Part shown: positions 1-6,632 of the stretch, piece by piece | Position numbering within the stretch: position 1 is the first letter of the stretch | How the letters are laid out: each line of letters begins with the position of its first letter | DNA from: Candidatus Saccharimonadota bacterium | GTDB lineage: Bacteria; Patescibacteriota; Saccharimonadia; Saccharimonadales; Saccharimonadaceae | Direction: 5' to 3' | NCBI GenBank assembly: GCA_002421785.1 | Contig: DIRZ01000003.1 | Coordinates: forward strand, 1-32,000 | DNA length: 32,000 nt | Program-made: the position numbers and the translations under genes | Notes under the pieces: model-generated | What the model was told of the DNA's origin: nothing | The model's input: only the letters and a program-made list of their open reading frames with translations | Databases searched by the model: none

Positions 1-23
1 TGGCTGGGGTGGAGGGATTCGAC
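1..23 (-). repeat. Displaced copy of the 3' end (T-loop to CCA) of tRNA-Gln
   Basis: TGGCTGGGGTGGAGGGATTCGA at 1-22 is identical to 212-233. That second site is the reverse complement of the T-arm/acceptor/CCA end of the intact tRNA-Gln. The flanking sequence of the first copy does not fold into a cloverleaf. Confidence 0.7.
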
Positions 24-108
24 CAGCGTTCCGCTGGCGCGAAAGTCAGTCAAATGAGCATAGCTCATTTGTAACGTTTCCTTGCGGACTGCCACTGGCA
101 ATCCTCAC

Positions 109-142
109 CCCGAATGTTCTCGGCAGTGCCGAGTCATTCGGG
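109..142. other. Nested long hairpin in the spacer between the tRNA-Gln repeat copies
   Basis: CCCGAATG (109-116) pairs with CATTCGGG (135-142). Inside it, CTCGGCA (119-125) pairs with TGCCGAG (127-133). Further hairpins lie at about 24-38 and 50-72. Confidence 0.55.
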
Positions 143-170
143 AGTTCAAATCGCCCACACCCACAAGATA

Positions 171-210
171 TAGAAAATGTCCCAGATCATAAAGACCTAG
201 GACATTTTCT
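171..210 (-). terminator. Hairpin immediately 3' of tRNA-Gln; possible terminator or processing signal
   Basis: There is a perfect 11-bp inverted repeat, AGAAAATGTCC (171-181) and GGACATTTTCT (200-210), with an 18-nt loop. It starts 1 nt after the tRNA CCA end. The U-run lies inside the stem, so it is not a canonical terminator. Confidence 0.35.
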
Positions 211-211
211 A

Positions 212-286
212 TGGCTGGGGTGGAGGGATTCGAACCCCCGAATGCATGGACCAAAACCATGTGCCTTACCACTTGGCGACACCCCA
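212..286 (-). tRNA. tRNA-Gln (anticodon UUG), CCA encoded
   Basis: The reverse complement folds as acceptor TGGGGTG/CACCCCA, a 3-bp D stem GCC/GGC, anticodon stem CATGG/CCATG with loop TTTTGGT (UUG), T arm GGGGG-TTCGAAT-CCCTC, discriminator G, then CCA. It closely resembles E. coli tRNA-Gln. Confidence 0.92.
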
Positions 287-318
287 ATGTGTGCGGTACT
301 GTTGCGGAACCGCTAAAT

Positions 319-351
319 GGCAAGGTTTTGGTCCATGTCATGGACGGGTTG
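319..351 (+). repeat. Inverted, degenerate copy of the central part (anticodon arm onward) of tRNA-Gln
   Basis: GGTTTTGGTCCATG (324-337) is an exact inverted repeat of 245-258 inside the tRNA gene. The flanks (GGCAA.., ..TCATGGACGGGTTG) resemble the tRNA but are degenerate, and no complete cloverleaf forms. Confidence 0.45.
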
Positions 352-382
352 TTTGCTTTGCTTGCACTTTGCGCTCAAACAG

Positions 383-412
383 CCATGTACCTTACTACTT
401 AGCGACACCCCA
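383..412 (-). pseudogene. 5' fragment of a tRNA-Gln-like gene (acceptor, D arm and 5' anticodon stem only)
   Basis: The reverse complement TGGGGTGTCGCTAAGTAGTAAGGTACATGG matches nt 1-30 of the intact tRNA-Gln. The three differences are all transitions. Similarity ends at the anticodon loop, and there is no 3' anticodon stem or T arm. Confidence 0.55.
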
Positions 413-535
413 ATATATCGCAAAATACGCACGATGAATTATAGCACTATCGGGGTGAGATTGCTATCCCCTATGAGCGTTAGCGTGTACAATAGGAGTA
501 ACACCTACCTACAGAGTGTGAAAGTCAGGGGCGTT

Positions 536-1999
536 ATGACGAAGAGTATGGAAGCATTTCCAAACACTGGAAAATTAGAGATTATTCAGGGCGGCATGGG
601 CGTCGCAGTATCGGGGTACGAGCTAGCGGGAGCAGTGGCGCGCGAAGGCGCGACTGGTTTGGTGTCGGGTACGGCAATTGGCGTGGTTCTTGCGCGCCGG
701 TTACAGGACGGAGACCCAAGCGGTGAAATGCGCGAAGCACTCGACCATTACCCCGTTCCCCAAATTGCAGAGGACATCGCTAAGCGATACTTCAAGCCGG
801 GTGGTCGTGCTGAAAATGAGCGCTACAAAGCTGTGCCAATGTTCGATTACGAACCTGTTCAGATGGCTGCGGACCTAGCGGTCGTGGGCGCGTTTGCTGA
901 AGTATGGCTCGCGAAAAAGCGGTCACAAGGTAACGGGCACGTCGGCATGAACTTGCTGACAAAGATCGAAGAACCGAATATCCATACACTGTATGGCGCT
1001 ATGCAGGCTGATGTAGAGTTGATAGCAATGGGTGCCGGGCTGCCAGTCGAAATTCCTCGCTACATGGGGCAGCTAGCAATGGCGGAACCAGTACGAATGC
1101 CTGTGAGCGTAAAGGGTGCGTCCAGAGAATATGCCGTCGAGTTTGACCCGGCCCGCTATGGTGGCGAACACCACCCGGTCAGCACGCCGCGGATGCTCGC
1201 GATTATTACGAGCGACATATTGGTGCGGCGTCCATTTATGAGCGCCAAGGTGCCGCCAGATGGATTCATAATCGAGGAACCAATAGCTGGTGGACACAAC
1301 GCGCCACCGCGTGGCAAGCTACGCGATGAGCGGGGTCAGCCGGTTTATACAGAGCGTGATTATGCAAACCTTGAAAAAATGCGCGACACGGGGTTCCCTT
1401 TCTGGCTGGCGGGAGGCTATGGTAGCCAGGATGGCCTGGAACGAGCAAAGGCAGCGGGGGCCCAAGGTATCCAGGCGGGCAGTATATTTGCGTTGTCGGA
1501 AGAATCCGGCATGGGCGAGCGGCTGAAGCGTGAAATGCGCGAAAAAATACTGTCGGGCGATGACATTGAGGTTTATACCGATGCGCTCGCGTCGCCCACC
1601 GGCTTTCCTTTTAAGGTAGGCCAGATTGACTGGACGCTTTCGGACAACGGAAACTATGAACTCCGTCAGCGCATCTGTGACCTAGGGTATTTACGAGAAG
1701 CCGTCGAAACGACTCGCATTCGTCGTGGTGTTCAAGAAACCGTCGTTGTGTACCGCTGCCCTTCTGAACCCGTTGAAGATTTTGTGAAGAAAGGTGGTGA
1801 TTTGCAGCAGACACTTGGACGCAAGTGTATATGCAATGCGCTGCTGGCCAACATTGACATGGGGCAAGTGCGCGATGGGGGTGTAGAGTTACCTATTGTA
1901 ACGATTGGTGACGACGTCAACCGCACGGTGCGTGAGGTTGGACTGCCGCTCAGTGCAAAACGAATCATACAGCACATTCGTGGCGATGATGTTTCTTAG
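536..1999 (+). CDS. FMN-dependent nitronate monooxygenase / 2-nitropropane dioxygenase family oxidoreductase (FabK-like TIM barrel)
   Basis: The N-terminal IIQGGMGVAVS motif and later ...AGGHNAP.. segments are typical of the NMO family. The track ORF starts at 317 but its first 73 codons run through tRNA-like DNA, so the start was moved to ATG 536 (MTKSMEAF...). Confidence 0.65.
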   Translation: MTKSMEAFPNTGKLEIIQGGMGVAVSGYELAGAVAREGATGLVSGTAIGVVLARRLQDGDPSGEMREALDHYPVPQIAEDIAKRYFKPGGRAENERYKAVPMFDYEPVQMAADLAVVGAFAEVWLAKKRSQGNGHVGMNLLTKIEEPNIHTLYGAMQADVELIAMGAGLPVEIPRYMGQLAMAEPVRMPVSVKGASREYAVEFDPARYGGEHHPVSTPRMLAIITSDILVRRPFMSAKVPPDGFIIEEPIAGGHNAPPRGKLRDERGQPVYTERDYANLEKMRDTGFPFWLAGGYGSQDGLERAKAAGAQGIQAGSIFALSEESGMGERLKREMREKILSGDDIEVYTDALASPTGFPFKVGQIDWTLSDNGNYELRQRICDLGYLREAVETTRIRRGVQETVVVYRCPSEPVEDFVKKGGDLQQTLGRKCICNALLANIDMGQVRDGGVELPIVTIGDDVNRTVREVGLPLSAKRIIQHIRGDDVS

Positions 2000-2059
2000 C
2001 TATGCGGGCACAGTATTGCTGTATATCATGGGCTGGAATACACTACATATATAACTAAA

Positions 2060-2287
2060 ATGGAGGGTATGATGGTAAAAAAGCAGGTTCACGTTCGACA
2101 AGTACAAAAAACCGGTAACCTACTACGTTCGTTCCTGATTTGGGCAGGAATCGCGATAACTATACTGACAGTCGCGTTTCTTATGGGGGATGTCATTAGT
2201 GACCGGGTCGCGCTCTATATGATGGCCGTGGTTCTTGTTGCGTTTGGTATTTCGCTTGTCGATTTTGACGTCGATGACGACGACTAG
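2060..2287 (+). CDS. Small membrane protein (two predicted TM helices, acidic DVDDDD tail)
   Basis: The ORF has two hydrophobic stretches. GGAGGG at 2062-2067 suggests the real start is ATG 2069 or 2072. No recognisable family. Confidence 0.4.
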   Translation: MEGMMVKKQVHVRQVQKTGNLLRSFLIWAGIAITILTVAFLMGDVISDRVALYMMAVVLVAFGISLVDFDVDDDD

Positions 2288-2307
2288 GCTTACGTACTAA
2301 GGTTACT

Positions 2308-4509
2308 CTATCTGGGCCGACTCGAGGGTTTGGCTCGGCTCATTTTTTCGACAAGGTCAAGAACGCGCTCGAGCGTGCCAACTTGGTAGTGGGCATGTGT
2401 GCTACCGAACCCAACTTTTATCGTATGCGCCTGGTTGTCTAGCGCTTCGAACATATGCTCGTCGGTATAATCGTCACCCGCACATAGGACAAAGTCGCTC
2501 GGATATTCAGCATCGAACAGTTTTGCAATTTCTCCTTTGTGAATCGATCGCGGCTTAACTTCAATGATTTTATTTCCGGAGTATACGGCAAGCTCAGTGT
2601 CTTCTACGAGCTGGTTGAGTTCGCGACGAATGCCTGCGTTTCGAACGTAGGCAAGCTCTGGGTTGACGCGGCGATAGTGCCATACGGTCGCGAAGTCTTT
2701 CTCTTCAACAATAGAGCCTGGTGTTCGGGCAGCGTAACCTTGCAAAAGTTCACGTACCTGCGCCATATCGTGATGCTGGGCGTTCTGGTGCCATTTGCCA
2801 GACTTTCGTATCCAGGCGCCATGCTCGGCGACAAGAAGCAAGTGAGGGATGTCGCCGAACCACTGTTCAAGGGTTGAGCGTGGCCGTCCACTGATGATGC
2901 ATACGTGAGTGTGAGGGTGGCTGGCGATAGCACGAAGTTGTGTTCGGAGTTTTGCTCCCGGCCTGACCGCGTTTGCATTTATGCTATTGCTGAACCCGTG
3001 GAGCGTACCGTCGTAGTCGAGCAGAATCAGACGCGATGTTGCAGCTTCGTACGATTCGATAATTTCCTTTGTATTTGCCTGCGTGAGTCGCTTTGAAAGC
3101 GCGCCGCGGTGTGACTGATGCGCGACATTTAGCTGCTCGATAAAATCTTTGCCCCAGTGCTGAACGGTATAACTTGCCAGACGAGCCTGCATAATCTTTA
3201 GGCGTCGCAGCTGCTCGGCCTTGGGCATGGTTAGTGCTTTGTATATACTTTCTGCAAATCTGTTTGTGTCGTTGGGGTTCACGAAGACTGCTTCGTGTAG
3301 TTCGTCTGCTGCGCCTGCGGTTTCGCTCAGGATGAGTACACCCTTGCGGCCGCGTTTACTCGCGACGTACTCCTTTGCGACCAAGTTCATCCCGTCACGA
3401 AGCGGCGTCACGAGCGCAACGTCTGACCTTGCATACAGCGCGACGATGTCGTTAAATGGAAGGCCTTGGAATTGGTATGATATTGGCGCCCAGTCAACGG
3501 TACCGTACAAGCCATTAATACGGCTCACGGTCTGCTCGATATCATCACGCAGCTGCTTATACGTGTCGACTTCGGTGCGTGATGGGACAGCGATGATAAG
3601 GAGCGTCACCTTTTTCATGTACTGCGGATAGCGGCACAGAAACTGTTCGTAGGCCTGAAGCCGCTTCATAATTCCTTTCGAATAATCAAGCCGGTCTACT
3701 GATAAAAGAATTTGCTGGTTTTTATATCGCTCTCCGAGGATATCTATTTCTTGCTTGGTCTTTTTTTCAGATAGCGTTGCACGGAATTTTGCATAATCAA
3801 TGCCGATGGGAAAGGTGTCGACTTGTACGCGACGCCCTTTATATTCGATCGCGCCGTGATCGCTTGTTGTGCCGAGAATATGGTTTGCGCTACTCAAAAA
3901 GTGTCGAGCGTAGTCGTAGATGTGGAAGCCGAGCAAATCTGCGCCCATCAGGCCTTCAATAAGCTCTCGGCGCTCGGGCAGCAGGCGAAATATTTCGTAC
4001 GAAGGAAATGGGATATGAAGAAAGAATCCTATGCGTGAATTAGGGAGTGATTTGCGGATCAGCCCCGGTAACAGAAGTAACTGATAATCCTGAACCCACA
4101 CGGTTGCGTCAGGGCTTGCGCACTTTCGAACCGCTGCGAGAAACTGTCGGTTGACTGTTTTGTATGCAGCATAGTAACGGTCATTAAAATTTCCAAATGC
4201 CTGAAAATAATGAAAGAGCGGCCAAAGCGTGTCGTTTGCATACCCCTCATAATAATCGGCGATGTTCTGCGAGGTAAGGTGTACTGGGTAGCAATTGTAC
4301 TTGCGAAGCTCTTTGGTGATCTGTGCTTTTTCGGCGGACGTCAGGTCGTCTTCGGCGATGCCAGGCCACCCAACCCATATTTGGTCTGTCGCTTCAAGCG
4401 ACGACATGGCGGTGGCGAGCCCGCCCGAACTCATGCTGAACGTTAGCTTTCCGTCGACACGAGCGACGCTGACCGGCAGACGGTTTGAAACGATAACGAA
4501 GTTATGCAT
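2308..4509 (-). CDS. Bifunctional trehalose-6-phosphate synthase (GT20, OtsA-like) / trehalose-6-phosphate phosphatase (HAD, OtsB-like) fusion
   Basis: The N terminus MHNFVIVSNRLPVSV and the body are GT20-like. The C-terminal third carries the HAD motif LILLDYDGTL and GDDYTDE. Start chosen at ATG 4509 (M13 of the track ORF); 4545 is also possible. Confidence 0.85.
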   Translation of the reverse strand: MHNFVIVSNRLPVSVARVDGKLTFSMSSGGLATAMSSLEATDQIWVGWPGIAEDDLTSAEKAQITKELRKYNCYPVHLTSQNIADYYEGYANDTLWPLFHYFQAFGNFNDRYYAAYKTVNRQFLAAVRKCASPDATVWVQDYQLLLLPGLIRKSLPNSRIGFFLHIPFPSYEIFRLLPERRELIEGLMGADLLGFHIYDYARHFLSSANHILGTTSDHGAIEYKGRRVQVDTFPIGIDYAKFRATLSEKKTKQEIDILGERYKNQQILLSVDRLDYSKGIMKRLQAYEQFLCRYPQYMKKVTLLIIAVPSRTEVDTYKQLRDDIEQTVSRINGLYGTVDWAPISYQFQGLPFNDIVALYARSDVALVTPLRDGMNLVAKEYVASKRGRKGVLILSETAGAADELHEAVFVNPNDTNRFAESIYKALTMPKAEQLRRLKIMQARLASYTVQHWGKDFIEQLNVAHQSHRGALSKRLTQANTKEIIESYEAATSRLILLDYDGTLHGFSNSINANAVRPGAKLRTQLRAIASHPHTHVCIISGRPRSTLEQWFGDIPHLLLVAEHGAWIRKSGKWHQNAQHHDMAQVRELLQGYAARTPGSIVEEKDFATVWHYRRVNPELAYVRNAGIRRELNQLVEDTELAVYSGNKIIEVKPRSIHKGEIAKLFDAEYPSDFVLCAGDDYTDEHMFEALDNQAHTIKVGFGSTHAHYQVGTLERVLDLVEKMSRAKPSSRPR

Positions 4510-4538
4510 ATTATCTACTAGTATGACGGTGTAACTGA

Positions 4539-4567
4539 TTGACATGTGTGAAAAAAATCACTAGTAT
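4539..4567 (+). promoter_or_regulatory. Sigma70-type promoter of the SulP gene, giving a leaderless start
   Basis: TTGACA (4539-4544), a 17-nt spacer, then TAGTAT (4562-4567), then 7 nt to ATG 4575. Confidence 0.55.
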
Positions 4568-4574
4568 CATAGAT

Positions 4575-6629
4575 ATGATACGAGGCTACAAGCCAAGCGT
4601 GTTTCACTACAAAAAGAAATACCTCAAACCCGACATTATCGCAGCGCTCGTTGTGACAGCAATCGCTATTCCCCAGTCGCTTGGGTTCGCGGTGATTGTT
4701 GGGTTGCCTCCGGTGGCCGGACTTTATACTGCACTTCTCGCCCCCATCGTATTTGGTCTGCTGGCTTCTACTCGTAGGTTGGTGGTAGGGGCAGATTCGG
4801 CAACTGCTGCGTTGATTGCGTCGGGTGCAGTACTGGTAGCTCAGGCGGGAACAGCAGAGTACGCCAATGCGGTCGCTTTGATTGGGTTGCTGACCGCGGG
4901 AATATTGCTCCTTATGGCAGCGTTCAGAATGGGCTTTCTGTCTGATTTGATTTCCCGCCCCGTTCTCGTAGGATTTTTGGCTGGAGTTGGCGTGCAGCTG
5001 ATGGTAACAAAACTTCCGGAAATGCTTGGGCTAACTGCGTCGGGTAGTCTATGGCAGCACGTGGTTGCTGTAGTTCGGAATATTGGCATGGTCAACGGCA
5101 TGACGCTAACGGTGTCCGTGCTCGTCGTTGGCGTTATCTTGCTTTCGCGCAAAACACGGTTTCCAGGCGAGTTGATCGGACTGGTGCTCGCGGGAACGTT
5201 CGCTGTAGCATTTCACGTCGGGGATTATGGTGTTAAATTGGTCGGCGAACTACCCCAGGGACTCCCTGGTCTTTTCCTGCCGGAATTTACGCTAGGGAAT
5301 GTTGTTACGTTACTTCCTGCAGCGTTGTCGATTGCTATCGTGATTTTAGCCCAGAGTTCAGCCGTCATCCGTAGCCTGGCTGGTGAGCACGACGATAAGG
5401 TTCAGTTGAATCACGACCTGACTGCTCTTGGCGCGGCAAACGCTGTCTCTGCACTCACCCACGGCTTTTCAGTAAACGGTAGTCCGCCGCGCAGCATGGC
5501 ATCAGACATGGCTGGCGGGAGAACGCAGCTGGTTAATATTATTATGGGCTGTGCGATTGGTCTACTACTGCTGTTTGGCGGCGGGCTATTCGCGACACTT
5601 CCCACGGCGGCGCTCGCGGCTGTTGTGTTTATGATCGGCCTTCACCTCATTCGGTTAAGTGAGCTGCGATATATTTGGCACACGCACAGAACCGAGTTCT
5701 TCGTGGCGATGATTGCACTCGGGGGCACGGCACTATTTGGCGTCCGAGAGGGTGTGCTCATCGCTGTCATTGTGTCGCTGATGGAGCGTCTGAGTCGCCA
5801 ATACCGACCCAAGGATGAAATACTGCTTCGTGACGGCGAACTAAGCGACTGGGCAAAAGAGCGCGTCGACCAGCACCATCGACACGATAGTCGCCCGCCA
5901 GGGTTACTGGTGTATAGCTTTGATGGGTCGTTATTTTTTGAAAATATTAATTATTTTGTAAGTCGTGTTCGCAGGGCTATTGATATGGCAAAGCAGCCCG
6001 TGCGTTATGTGATTGTTGATGCGGGCGCAATCGATAGCATTGACTATACGGCTGTCGAAACAATGAAGCAGCTATATCGTCAGCTAAGTGCCGATGATAT
6101 TAAGTTAGGTTTTGCGCATGTGTCACCCAACCTCTATGCACAGTTTGATGCTTTTGGTGTTATTGATCTTGTTGGCGATGCAAACATTTTCTCTACGCTC
6201 AATGCCGCTATTAAAACTCATCCCGGCAATAAACTTGATGCGTTTGAAATGGTGCAACGCCTCGGCATCAAAAAGAACGGCTACGTTGTCATTGGTGGTG
6301 CGGTGCTTGAGGCGCTCAACCTACGGCGTACGAACGACATCGATATGGTGGTGAGTGACGAGACGTACGCTCACTATCGTGATACAGAGCACTGGAAGGA
6401 ATTCGTGCAAGACAATGGCAAAAAAGTCCTGACCCATAACGGCTATAACTTAATGCATACCTGGATGGGTAAATCATTTAAACGTATTCGACAAAATGCC
6501 TTCGAGCTTAACGGAGTGTGGTTTATGGATGTGGATGATCTTATTGAGGCTAAGCGTCATTTGGCGCGTCGCAAGGACGTGTCGGACATAGCATTACTGC
6601 AAGACTATCAGCGCACGCACAAGCACTAG
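4575..6629 (+). CDS. SulP-family anion transporter with STAS domain and an extra C-terminal nucleotidyltransferase-fold domain
   Basis: The polytopic N-terminal part has the SulP signature region (AIAIPQSLGFA). It is followed by a STAS-like segment (LLVYSFDGSLFFENINYF...DSIDYTAVE). The last 132 aa (6231-6626) carry GG-x13-DIDMVV and a DLIEAKRHLARRKDVSDIALL tail. Confidence 0.8.
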   Translation: MIRGYKPSVFHYKKKYLKPDIIAALVVTAIAIPQSLGFAVIVGLPPVAGLYTALLAPIVFGLLASTRRLVVGADSATAALIASGAVLVAQAGTAEYANAVALIGLLTAGILLLMAAFRMGFLSDLISRPVLVGFLAGVGVQLMVTKLPEMLGLTASGSLWQHVVAVVRNIGMVNGMTLTVSVLVVGVILLSRKTRFPGELIGLVLAGTFAVAFHVGDYGVKLVGELPQGLPGLFLPEFTLGNVVTLLPAALSIAIVILAQSSAVIRSLAGEHDDKVQLNHDLTALGAANAVSALTHGFSVNGSPPRSMASDMAGGRTQLVNIIMGCAIGLLLLFGGGLFATLPTAALAAVVFMIGLHLIRLSELRYIWHTHRTEFFVAMIALGGTALFGVREGVLIAVIVSLMERLSRQYRPKDEILLRDGELSDWAKERVDQHHRHDSRPPGLLVYSFDGSLFFENINYFVSRVRRAIDMAKQPVRYVIVDAGAIDSIDYTAVETMKQLYRQLSADDIKLGFAHVSPNLYAQFDAFGVIDLVGDANIFSTLNAAIKTHPGNKLDAFEMVQRLGIKKNGYVVIGGAVLEALNLRRTNDIDMVVSDETYAHYRDTEHWKEFVQDNGKKVLTHNGYNLMHTWMGKSFKRIRQNAFELNGVWFMDVDDLIEAKRHLARRKDVSDIALLQDYQRTHKH

Positions 6630-6632
6630 ATG

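Noticed and set aside
6-111. The plus strand GGGGTGGAGGGATTCGAC at 6-23 resembles the conserved 5' end of tmRNA (GGGG..GGAUUCGAC). A possible tag-like ORF ends ...SIAHL-TAA near 40-75.
   Set aside because: The reverse complement of any tRNA T-arm/acceptor end mimics this motif. No matching 3' tRNA-like end (T arm plus a complementary acceptor strand with a G3-U70 pair and ACCA) occurs within 450 nt. An intact tRNA-Gln occupies the opposite strand at 212-286. The putative tag does not end in the usual hydrophobic Ala-rich pattern. A covariance-model search is still worth running.
317-535. The N-terminal 73 codons of the track ORF 317-1999, and the short ORFs 211-402 and 246-437.
   Set aside because: They read through tRNA-Gln and its fragments (MAGVEGFEPP is a translated T arm). 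The NMO-family homology begins only at MTKSMEAF (ATG 536).
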